Assembly: GCA_002104905.1 (NCBI GenBank)
Contig: MCFE01000205.1
Location: 62,001-126,000 of the forward strand
DNA length: 64,000 bases
Direction of reading: 5' to 3'
DNA from: Basidiobolus meristosporus CBS 931.73
Lineage: Eukaryota; Fungi; Basidiobolomycota
Positions 52,201 through 62,999 of the stretch are shown piece by piece. How positions within the stretch are numbered: position 1 is the first letter of the stretch; the number at the start of each line of letters is the position of its first letter. The notes below the pieces were generated by a model. That model saw only the letters and a program-made list of their open reading frames with translations. It did not search any database and was not told the origin of the DNA. The position numbers and the translations under genes were made by a program.

Positions 52201-52350
52201 GCCCACCCTCCTTGAGGCCCTGGCATTGCTCCAGCAGCCCAGGAGCCTCGCACCGTGGGATATGGATACTGATCTCCAACTGAGGTGCTTCCCAACCTTC
52301 TGTGCCACTTTGTAATTCACAAGTCAGTGGTAGCAGCCAATTGATGAGCA
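49300..52350. pseudogene. Possible very old Ty3/gypsy relics that retain CpG
   Basis: Only weak motif resemblance: GKLLKLVEDTFNWPTIEPNV (plus, ~49430), GLQPFPSP..DPIYMDFL (minus, ~51000), RNLCSY and DIDCASTF (minus, ~52000). Confidence 0.3.
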
Positions 52351-52903
52351 CCAGTCCAGGGATTCATCATTGTTTGCAAAGACCAATCATCCATCAGCAA
52401 CTGGTGGATAACAGGATTCATAATTGCTGCTGTGGTACAAGTTTCATTCCCTCATCTTAGGGTTCGGTATCCGCTGCTTGGAATTCCCCCCGCTGTGATC
52501 GACACAATGAGCCCCATCCATATTAAGAACCGATGAATTAAGCTTACCAGAAAGAGGAAATCGTGTGGTCATGTGAAGTAATCCAAATATCCGTTCAATA
52601 TGTCGAAGATAGCAACCCAAGGGTTATCTTCTCGGCCGAAACATTCGCTGGGGGAAAATCATACTAATCAGGACGTTAGAACGGCTGTGCAAGCACCCAT
52701 TCTCCTTGAGGATGAGAAATTTTCGTGGTCGCACCACTTGCTTCGTATGGGAAACGGGTTGGCTCTCAGAACCTCATGTCGCATCCAAGTGCGATGGTCA
52801 TCCACTGTGCAAGGTATAAATACTTGTCTGGATCCCATCGAGAAAGACAAGTTTCCTTTTCTTCTCTCGGCTCAACTCACTCCCACTCTTTCTCGTTTTG
52901 AAA

Positions 52904-55453
52904 ATGAGACTCCAGCAGCTCTTTGTTCTTTCCACTCTCTTGATGGCCGAGTATGCCCTCGGTAGTAGACCTACCGGGGTTCTTAAGAGCGTCCCTGCTG
53001 ACTTCGGTGACAAGTCCACCTCGGTACTCTCCCATGCCTACATCGTGGAGTTCGATCAGGATTCCAAGGGCGTCTCCAAGGAAAAGCTTATTGCGAACCT
53101 CAAGGAGCAGGGGATCGAGTTCAAGGAACGTGCATCCTTCTCCGCCTCATTCAATGGTGTCTCGTTGAATATTGACTCCCAACACGCCGACTTCTTGGCC
53201 TCGGTCGAAGGTGTCAAGGCTGTTTGGCCAATCACTCAACACAAGAGAAGCGCTGCCATTGATCAGAGCAAGATTGTGGGCTCCGGAAGCCTGCCATCGA
53301 ACCTTATCGCCTCTCCACATGTGATGACAGGAGTCGACAAGGTCCATGAACAATTGAAGAACGTCGGCACTGGAATCAGAGTCGGTGTGATCGATACTGG
53401 TATTGATTATACTCATCCCGCACTTGGCGGATGTTTCGGAAAGAACTGCCGTGTTCAGTTTGGATACGACTATGTTGGTGATGCTTACAACGGTGACGAT
53501 AGCACCATTCACGGGGACAACGATCCTAAGGATTGCCAAGGTCACGGAACCCACGTCGCCGGTATCATCGGTGCCCGTGACAAGAATTTCGTCGGTGTTG
53601 CACCCGATGTTACCTTCGGTGCTTACAAGGTCTTCGGTTGTGACGGCGGTGCCCCCAGTGATATGATCATCAAGGCTATTGAGCAATCTGTCGTCGACAA
53701 GATGAACGTGATCAACCTTTCATTGGGAAGCTCCCTTCCCTACCCCGATGACCCCATGACCAGAGCTCTTAACAAAGCAGCAGATGCCGGAGTGATCCCC
53801 GTTGTTGCTGCTGGTAATGAAGGTATGAGCGGTCTCTGGACTGTTGGAAGGCCATCCACTGCTGTCAAAGCCATCGGCGTTGCTTCATTTGACAACATCA
53901 AGTATCCCGGACAGGCCTTCACCATTAACCAGGATAAGGGCAAGAAATTTGTTGCCGGTTACGAAGGCCTTAAAGCAGTCACTTTCAAGAACACCCCATT
54001 TGCTATTGCCCAAACTGGTGGCTGTAGCCCACTTAAGGAAGACCTTACCGGTAAGGTTGTTCTCTTCTTCAAGCCCGAATCCTGCGATTTGACTGTCAAG
54101 GGAGTTAACGCACAAAAAGCCGGGGCCGTGGGTGCTTTTGTTTACTCCAGCACTTTCGGTGCTTATGTTGCTACCACTATGGATCCTAGCCTAAAGATCC
54201 CCCTCATGGGTCTCCAAGCAAGCGATGCCGCTTACTTAAATGATCTTTACACCAAGAACAAGGATTTGACCATCACCTTCGATACCGTTCACAAACTTTA
54301 CGATAACCCTAACGGTGGCAAGCCTTCTTCCTTCACATCTTGGGGCCCAGACTTCGAGCTCAACACCAAGCCTGATGTTGGTGCTCCCGGTGGAATTATC
54401 TACTCCACCTTCCCAGTTGCTCTTGGTTCCTATGCCCATTTGAGAGGAACTTCCATGGCCTCTCCATATACCGCTGGTTCTGTTGCCTTGATCCTCAAAT
54501 CCAGAGGCATTCTCGAACCTTCTGCTGTTAACTCCATTTTGCAGCATACTGCACAACCTGTAACTGAGCTCAACTTCAAGGGCCTCACCTCTGCTGGAAA
54601 GCAGGGGGCTGGCCTTATCAATGTTTGGGATGCCATCCACACCACCTCCTTCGTCAGCCCATCCAAATTTGCTTTGAATGACACCACTCATTTCAACGGT
54701 GCTCACACCTTCACTGTTAGCAACAAGGGCAAGAAGACCGTCACCTACATTGTCGAGCACACTCCCGCTATTTCTGTCAACGGATATGACAAGAAGGGAT
54801 ACCCTGCTCTCCAAAATGCCTTCGTTTTGTCTGGAGCTGGAGCCGCTGCCAAAGCATATCCATCTGCCGTCACCGTTCGCCCAGGCCAAAGCAAGACCGT
54901 CAAGGTTACCTTCACCGCACCTCGTCTCGACAAGAAGGACTTGTGGGTGTACTCTGGCTACGTGAACTTCAGACCGTTAGGTAGCAAGGCGAACACTGTC
55001 CGTGTTCCCTACACCGGTGTTTCTGGTGACCTTCACAGTGTCAAGGTCATTGACATCAACGGCGAGAGACAACCCACCATCGTTTCCTTGGCCACTGGTG
55101 CCCCCGCCAAAGAATTCAACTTGGCTACCGGCAACGTTCCTTTGATCAGCTTCCCACTTATTCACGCCACCAAGTATTTGTCCATTGCTGTGGCTGATGC
55201 CAAGGGCGCTGAGATTGGCCTCATCGGTTTGGTCGAGGGAGGATTCCCACGTAATACTCCTGGAACTGCCGTCCGTGTCACTTTCGATGGCTCAGTCACT
55301 GTTGTCAAGGATGGAAAAGCACAAGATGTTCAAGTCCCCTCGGGTACCTATACCATCGTCGTCAAGGGACTTAAGCCATTTGGCAGCAGCAGCAACCAAG
55401 CCGATTTTGATACCTGGGTCTCTGCCCCATTCAGTTTCAAGCGCGATAATTAA
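52904..55453 (+). CDS. Secreted subtilisin-like serine protease (S8; signal peptide, I9 prodomain, PA domain, Fn3-like domain), intronless, ~849 aa
   Basis: Catalytic motifs VIDTGIDYTHP, HGTHVAGII, AAGNEG, GTSMASP; YIVEF prodomain; KPDVGAPG; first ATG at 52904. Confidence 0.95.
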   Translation: MRLQQLFVLSTLLMAEYALGSRPTGVLKSVPADFGDKSTSVLSHAYIVEFDQDSKGVSKEKLIANLKEQGIEFKERASFSASFNGVSLNIDSQHADFLASVEGVKAVWPITQHKRSAAIDQSKIVGSGSLPSNLIASPHVMTGVDKVHEQLKNVGTGIRVGVIDTGIDYTHPALGGCFGKNCRVQFGYDYVGDAYNGDDSTIHGDNDPKDCQGHGTHVAGIIGARDKNFVGVAPDVTFGAYKVFGCDGGAPSDMIIKAIEQSVVDKMNVINLSLGSSLPYPDDPMTRALNKAADAGVIPVVAAGNEGMSGLWTVGRPSTAVKAIGVASFDNIKYPGQAFTINQDKGKKFVAGYEGLKAVTFKNTPFAIAQTGGCSPLKEDLTGKVVLFFKPESCDLTVKGVNAQKAGAVGAFVYSSTFGAYVATTMDPSLKIPLMGLQASDAAYLNDLYTKNKDLTITFDTVHKLYDNPNGGKPSSFTSWGPDFELNTKPDVGAPGGIIYSTFPVALGSYAHLRGTSMASPYTAGSVALILKSRGILEPSAVNSILQHTAQPVTELNFKGLTSAGKQGAGLINVWDAIHTTSFVSPSKFALNDTTHFNGAHTFTVSNKGKKTVTYIVEHTPAISVNGYDKKGYPALQNAFVLSGAGAAAKAYPSAVTVRPGQSKTVKVTFTAPRLDKKDLWVYSGYVNFRPLGSKANTVRVPYTGVSGDLHSVKVIDINGERQPTIVSLATGAPAKEFNLATGNVPLISFPLIHATKYLSIAVADAKGAEIGLIGLVEGGFPRNTPGTAVRVTFDGSVTVVKDGKAQDVQVPSGTYTIVVKGLKPFGSSSNQADFDTWVSAPFSFKRDN

Positions 55454-56542
55454 TTTGCTTTAGACTACTTACATCAATATTAGACATAATATATAATGTA
55501 GTGAGCCTTGGAGAAACTTACAATTCCAATAAACCAATCGTACCACTTCGTGATCCACCATACTTACCTTTCCTGACCCAAGCATTGGTCCGTTTTCTTG
55601 GGTAACTAGGGAGGGTTGAAAGCTTGAAGCTGGGAATGGCTAATCGTATGCGAAGGAATCGCCATTTGTGAGCACAATCTTCGGGGATATTATGGCGAAT
55701 TTCATATACAACCAGTTGCCCTGCCAACCAAATGGCTTCCAAAAATGGTCACATTTTGCTACCGCACTCCCGAAAGTCTAGATCGCTGCTGATGTTTGCG
55801 GGACGACAGCTTACATAATCGGACTTTTCGAGCAATCTCTGAAACCAATTTCTTGGTGAGTGTCATCTCACATGGCCTGAAATTCACCACCGGGACAATT
55901 GTGGAAAGGATTTGTGCTGCTCTGGCCACCTGCCGCCTGGCACTTGACGCATAATACCCGCATGGACACAGCACCCGAACAAATCTTGTGCGCATTAGAT
56001 GTCTGCTGAATCCTATTTCCCAGCGGCATTCGCTACGCTGGCCGAATATTCCATACGAGCCTTGGCCATGGGATACAGGTAAATGACTAAGCCCTGAGAA
56101 GACGATAAGGGCAAAGGTCCTTTTATGAGGCTCGTGTTAGTTAACACTCTGACAATATCGGATCATTGTGTTCTGGCGCGAGTTGCAAGAACTCCAGAAG
56201 GCATCAAAACATTAACCGTTGTGGAACTTTTCGTCTGAACCAATGGCATGTTTATTGATCATTGATTGTTTAGTGGCCAAAAGCCCAACCAGGATACGAT
56301 CTCAATCCATGATGAAGCAGTGTCACGTGCCGCCGCTGACAGATTGGATGTATTTAGCTTGCGCATGGTAGAAATCACCAATTGTTGCCATGATGAAGTA
56401 AGATTACATTAATACTGCTAGAATCCTGATTAAATCTACATTATACAGTTTGGATCTAGCATCTTCAACGAACGCTAATTCCAGATGAAACGACGGTGCT
56501 TAGACTCCAATGTGATGGGTCCGCCAATTGCTAACCGCTGAT

Positions 56543-57466
56543 TTACACATTAGAACACAACTCCGGCTTCAAGTCAACACCAATACCGCGCAGTCTGGTT
56601 ACCAGTCCTTCACATGCCGAGCGCCTTATCCCCCCCGGCGCAAGGAAATTCTCGGAAGCATGTGGCTTGCCTTGGCAAACCTTGATGTCTCCCTTCACGA
56701 TCCTCAGAGCCTTGGCGTGAGTGACGATTTCTTCGCACGTCATATTGTTGATTACTTCCCTGGAGGGCCCAGTTACAATTTTGATCTTCAGACAAGCCTG
56801 CATGTCCACTTTATAGCCAAGATCGTGCAACCTTGAGGCGATATTTGGACAAACGTTATCCCCTTCGTTCTCCGAGAACCTCGGATACCGGTCAAGCTCG
56901 GAATTCTCCTTGTTACTGATGCCTACCACCATGCCCCGGCATATGCTGCTACTTACTTTAATCCCTAGTTTCTGCGCAGCCTTAACCAGCCCTTGACAGC
57001 CTTGCTTGGAGATCTCCAGATTTTCTAGATCGGCTGGTCCCAAATCAGTCCGGATTCTGGAGCAGATAGAAGGGTCTAGTCCACTTTGAAAGGGTTTAAG
57101 CTTTTCAATTAACCCACTACAAACACGCTGGAACCCATAGGTAGCTTCGAGGTTAGGGGTTGCAACATAGTTGGATAAGCAAATTGACGGGTCTACTTGA
57201 ACCCCTCGTTCTTTAGCTAAAGACACCAGCTCGTGGCATGGAAGCTCTGATGGGTTCCCGTACTTTGTCGTTTTATCGCAAAGGTCGTTAGTGTTGGCGC
57301 ATTTCCCTAGAGGGATATTTGCTTTAAAGCGGACGTTAAGCTGGGCAACCAGGTCCTCGCAGTATTTTGCGCCGGTTAATTGAGCATATCCTCTTTCCAT
57401 CACGTATGCCGAAGCGATAAGAGCACTGTTGCTGAGTAATAACGTAGTGTAGGTGGTTAATTGCAT
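56543..57466 (-). CDS. Secreted 307-aa protein with seven C-x18/19-C repeats, unknown function
   Basis: Signal-peptide-like MQLTTYTTLLLSNSALIASA, an open 924-bp frame, 15 Cys, and a repeated helix-loop motif. Confidence 0.85.
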   Translation of the reverse strand: MQLTTYTTLLLSNSALIASAYVMERGYAQLTGAKYCEDLVAQLNVRFKANIPLGKCANTNDLCDKTTKYGNPSELPCHELVSLAKERGVQVDPSICLSNYVATPNLEATYGFQRVCSGLIEKLKPFQSGLDPSICSRIRTDLGPADLENLEISKQGCQGLVKAAQKLGIKVSSSICRGMVVGISNKENSELDRYPRFSENEGDNVCPNIASRLHDLGYKVDMQACLKIKIVTGPSREVINNMTCEEIVTHAKALRIVKGDIKVCQGKPHASENFLAPGGIRRSACEGLVTRLRGIGVDLKPELCSNV

Positions 57467-58243
57467 CTCTTGGTTCAACTCCGTGAAGGATAGAGGACAA
57501 CTGGCAGAAAAGCCGGTCTGAAAGCGTCTTATATGTTGATCCGGAGGCGAAACACAGTGCCCTTACAAGGACAAATTCATTTGCTGAGGGCCAGTAGAGC
57601 CTGCATTCATTTTCATGCCAGGCCGATTGTGAATCAGACTCGCGCGAATAGGTTGCGGTGACTTGCCAGAGGGGCCTCAATGGTGGCAGTCACGCGCTTT
57701 CTATGAATGACATTGTTTTGGTGCTCCACCCATTGTTCGCATTTAATTAACTCGCCACCCGTTAAATGCCTATCTGGTCGACCCGACGAATCCTGAAATT
57801 TCCATGAACAATTATGGAGCTCCGAGATCAGGCCGGCAGTCCGGATCACAACCATTGTCTGAGCAGGCCATTGTATGAAATGTCATTCGAGCTGGTTGCA
57901 TCTTCCATGTAGACATTGGAGGGTTGATCGTCCTTAGCTGACTGTGCAGTCGCTCGTGGGAAAGCGGCCATGCCATGCATACCGCGTGTTGGAGAACATG
58001 CCGATCGAGCTATGTGCTCAATCCCAGCAAGTGTCCTTTCTGATGGCTTGTGGGAGTGCGATCAGCCCAGATGGCATTTTTTTCTCATCAGAAACGAAAA
58101 AAATCGGCGTGGAGTTGATTGATCCGAGAGACATGGCTAAATTTCCCATCTCCTGTCTGTTCCTGGTACATTTCAGGCCTGAGCCATACCCGTGACAGTT
58201 GAAAATCCCTCTTCCTCCCTGCCCCGACACTGATTCGTTTGCA

Positions 58244-59903
58244 ATGACGAAGCACATTCCAGTATCAAGTGAACCATACGCTACTTACACTTCGAAGTAT
58301 CAAGCCCCATATGCCTCAAGAGGAAATTTCAACCGAACTTGGTTGCATTTGGATACCCGTAAGTTAGCGAGTCTTTTCACTCGGCTTGTTCCTTGAGCAT
58401 TCCCAGCAGTACAGATTCTCATTCTTTGCATGTCACAGCGAATGAGCCTGAGGAAGAGTTCACCATCATCAGTTACAACATTTTGGCCGACTATTTGGCA
58501 TTCAAAAATAGACATCTGTACTCGTACTGCCCGAATTCAGTTTTGACTTGGGCAAATAGAGGACGAAAGATACTGAAAGAGATCCAAGGTGCGTTCAACC
58601 TCATATAGCATAGCAACCGTTCGCAGGTAGACTCCTAGCCCCGACAGAGGACGCTCCTGTACACTATCTGTGCAAAGTAGTTACTCACCTTGCTTGTATG
58701 CAGCCTACAAAGCCGATATTTATTGCCTTCAGGTAAATACTGCTGATGTGCTGTAGTGAAGGATGTTCTAATGACTATACGATCACTGCCAGGAATGTGA
58801 GAAGAGGCACTTCCACTGCGATTTTGCACCCGCCTTGCGGCGTCTCGGATACCGATACGTATATAAGCAGAGAACTGGCGAAGACATGTGGGATGGATGC
58901 GCCGTACTGTACAACACAAAAAGGTACGATGCTCAGCCAACGCAGGTTGTGCGTTTGAATCTGTTCCTAACGTCGCATTTCTGTTTCGTTCGCCACCTTT
59001 AGATTCGAATTGGTGAAGCATTGCACTGTGGAGTATAATAGTGATGACTTTATGGACAGAAACAACGTTGGGATCATTGTAGTATTAAGAGATTTGAGTG
59101 AGTAACAGTAAGTAATTCTCCTGCCAAAATCCCTGTGGTCCTAACACTGATCCATCTAGAAACCAATAGAAAGCTTTGTGTTGCCAACACCCATATCTTG
59201 TTCAACACCAAGCGTGGAATCCTCAAAATTGCTCAGTTGCAGAAGTTGCTCCTGTCGGCGTACGAGATTATCTCCAGTCAGCCCATGCCCCTGGGTAAGT
59301 CATTCCACCTGCAGCATGGCTGTATCAATCACATTCTAACCGCTCTCTCCCAGTGATCTGTGGGGATTTCAACTCCACGCCACACAGCTTAGTGTACCGG
59401 TACATTAATGATGGTAAGCCTCGGACGTCTTTGCCTTGCCAGCCCACTGATGCTAACCGCCATCCCCCTTCCTAGGCGTAGTAGACTTGTCGAGCATGGA
59501 TGAGATATTTATGTCGGGACAGGTTGAGCCGTTTGTCCCTCTCCATGCCCAGCCAAAGCGTGCTTATAATGCCGAAACAATCCATGCGTTCAATGCAACC
59601 CAGGCTAGATTCCCCGAAGACGATTCAGTCAACCGGTGCATATTGAAGCATCCGTACAAGTTCCACTCGGGCTACGAGCATCCTATGCCATCTGAGGAAT
59701 TCACTACACTTCATGACGATGCAAAGCTCATTTGTGACTACATCTTTTTTGGTGGATTAACCGAGCAATTACGAGATTCCTTGCTATGCACCAGACAACT
59801 ATCCCTTCCCAAAATCATAGACTGCACCATTCCTGGAATACCCGCTAAAGACGTGCCTTCGGACCATCTACCGCTTGCGCTCGCATTCAGCTGGACGTCA
59901 TGA
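58244..59903 (+). CDS. Angel/Ngl-family (CCR4-like EEP) phosphatase/nuclease, 8 exons; true start may be further upstream
   Basis: Spliced motifs FTIISYNIL, LYSYC...LTW..R, ADIYCLQE, DGCAV, DRNNVG, VANTHILFN.KRG, ICGDFNS, CDYIFF, PSDHLPL. Confidence 0.88.
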
Positions 59904-61049
59904 ATTCCAAGGCAAAGTGCCTCGCTGCAAGAGCTTGTGCGCTTCTTAGAATTCCGTGATCTCCATCATCTATGCATATATTCAGTCATGATCGGTTGAT
60001 TTGTACTTTTATTTAATGTTAGCATTACTCTTGACAACGCTTCGCAACAAGATCGTCTGCGATGAATAACAGTGCTGTTCGTTTGCAAATTGTTGTGGTA
60101 GACGTGACATAAACGAGACCCATCAGTTGCTGACTTATTACCCAAAGTGACGTTGTGGAGTTAAATTAATTTCGTGGGATCATGCGGTCCATTGCGAGTA
60201 GCACAAGACCGCTAGAGTTGTGAGAATGGCCCCTACCTGTTTCACGCGTACTCAACATCCTGATTCTCAGATTTGCCAAAATAACCAAACCCGGCTGAAA
60301 TACATCCTAGCCATTTAGTGGGCTTGTTCTTTTGATTTTATTTAATTATTGAACAAGTGGCTACAGAATACTTATAGGTTACTAATATCCTTAGCTTACA
60401 AAGGTGGGGAATTACACTACAATACCAGTTGGGTTTGTTTGTGATTAGATGGTTACATGAACAGCACAAGTTTAAATCCATAAATGGTGAAGTTGCTGCA
60501 GGGAAGGATTTTGGGACTGGTGGAAGATGTATTGGTAGCTCCCTACTAGTTCAACTTTTCTATTTTATTCAGCACCCTGCCTAAAAGCTGCTACTTCAAT
60601 TGATCATGTATGGTCATACAGTAAGGATGGAGGCAATAACCCCTCCAAGATATAAGACTTCAACAATCAGTCAGGGGTAGGATGTAAATATTTAATGTAC
60701 ATATAAAACACTCACAAAGAGTAAGTTTTTACTATCTTATTGCTAAGCCAAGAATTATTGTTCTAGGATTGAGCCTGTTAGATATCAGCTATTGGTCAGA
60801 ATTAGACAAGGGTTAGGGGGAGGAAAGGCACCAAGTGGTGAAATCTTTATTTACTTATGACAAGTATTTAAAGAAGCCTAGTTGATCAAAATTATTCCTA
60901 GAAAGCTAGGTCTGAGAGATATCTTCCTGGTAAACCAGGTCTGAAAGTTTAGAAGCTGAGTGGTATTTTATTTCCTAGTTAGCCAGGCCTGAGAAGTGAG
61001 AATCTGAGTATATCTGAGGTGAGTTGTACTGGTTTGCCATAGCAAATTG

Positions 61050-62700
61050 TTGCTGGAATGACCAGTAAACTGGGGGAACCCCTATGAAAAGTTATTGAGA
61101 TGATCCCATCAAAAGGCCATCACAAAGTTAGAGTCCCATGACTAAGAGGTACTGATCCTGTTGGGACACCATCTAGAGACCATTGAAAAATAATTGCACC
61201 TCGGATTTCCCAAAAAACTTGGTCAAAACTTTTCATCACAATAACTTATAAGTGGCTTTTGATTGGTTCCCTGCCAATTTGCTCACTTTCTGATCCCAGA
61301 CACTCTATTGCCTCCTATGTTTGTGCTAATTGATTTGCTATTGCCTCTTTTTCACACTCCTTACTTCCTGACTCAACCATTTCTCTTACTTTTCATGCAT
61401 ACAAATTGATTTATTTCTGTTTAAACTTCAGTTGTAGCTCAATTGCCAATTGTGTTGACCTATACAAGTCTCTATACCCTACACTAACATCAAGCCCAAC
61501 ACTACACTCATCAAGTAACTCCATTAAAATCCACCACTCAATAAGTATTTCTCCTGTAATGCTCTGGTTCCATGACTTTTGCAGGAACCCAACAGCTTTA
61601 TGCTACTGTTCATTCACTGGTTCCCACACATCCTGGTCTTCAGCTGGCACTGCAAGGTCTAGCGCCTCATCTGCTAGTCTTTGCAATAAATCCCTGAATA
61701 TTCCAGTGCGTTTTCTTGAGCACTGCTCTTGAAGAAGTGCTGCAACCTCTTGGTGTGCCTGTTAATGTTCCAAAACTCCACTGAAGGCATTGTGATAGTC
61801 TTTTGAGCTCTTGACATTGTAGCCTTGTCTGTCAGCGGGATCTCCACTCTATCAACAATGGAGGATGTGGAGGCTGTGGTAGACAAATTGTCCTTTTCAG
61901 CAAACTCATCTACCTTGCTGGGGTGTAGCTCAACTGGCTGGGCTTCCAACACTTGTGGAAACAGCTGTATTCTTGTTGGTAATTCTTCTTGGCTATGATG
62001 GAGTTCAGTCTGTTCCTGGCTTGCAGTTTTTCTTGCATGCCCCCTGTCTCATGCTTGGTTAGATATTTTTCCCTTTGCCTTTTCCTTTATCACTGCCAGG
62101 TCTTTCACTTCTCCTTTGTCTGAGTGCCTCTTGAAAAGAACTACATTTTCTCTTGGATAAATTCTGCTCTGACACATCTGTTTTGGCCTGCTTGTCCCTT
62201 GCTGGCACTCTTCTGGCAACCTGATGTTTCTTTTCTGCTTGTTTTGAGCTCTCAATTGTGGTTGTGACAGGCTCCTGTAAAAGCAGCTGGTTTTTATCAC
62301 TGCCAGATCCTTCACTGCTAGCTTGACTGGGTGCTTCTTGAGTGGTACTATGCTTTTTTCTTGATAAATGTTGTGTTGGTGCATCTGTGTCTGCCTGCTT
62401 GTCCCTAATTAGCACTCTTCCAGCTACCTGACATCTCTTTGACATGTGTCTGGAGCTTTTGGCCCCGCTTGTAATGGGCTTTTGAGGAAGCCACTGGTTT
62501 TTAGCCATGGCACCCTTGTTCTTCTGCCTTTGATAGTTTCTGCTATTCTAAAGATACTTTCTTAGCATACCAATGCTGGCCCAAAATCCATTTGCCCATT
62601 TGAATCCAGGATACTGCACATGGAACAAGTCTGTTGTGCATCAACATTTAAAACTTGGTCAATTTCACTCTGTTAGAAAATCTAGTACCCTAACTGATTT
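61050..62700 (-). pseudogene. ORF family X, longest copy, with internal Lys/Gln-rich repeats
   Basis: ORFs 62059-62508 and 61674-61952; homologous to 4900-6200, 13450-13990 and 27300-28600. Confidence 0.55.
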
Positions 62701-62999
62701 TCCCTATCCCAAACATAACTAATCCCTGTTACAGTTTATTTTATCACTTCTCCGAGTCTATTTTTAGCTGTCACACCTGATCAATTTTCATGTGGTCATT
62801 ACATACTCAACTGATCTGCTAAGCCTTTCCAAGTGATTAATCATCTGAGATTTATCCAACCACTTAGCAGTTGCCAAGACATCAGCTGATTAATGATGCA
62901 ATTTTTAATATATCTTATGCACCTATCAACACCCTAACAGATTTCATTTAGTCCAGTCTCTTGGCGCTTACTAATGCAAATCAATCAGAAAAGTATAAA

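Noticed and set aside
53147-54889. Long antisense ORFs within the subtilisin
   Set aside because: Expected shadow of biased codon usage on the sense strand.
55990-56085. TLAEYSIRALAMGYR resembling a P-type ATPase motif
   Set aside because: Too short, with no flanking exons recoverable.
62620-62634. ATGGAACAAGTCT as a PHIS terminus
   Set aside because: It aligns internally with family X copy 27335-27360 and has no subterminal motifs; likely a chance match.
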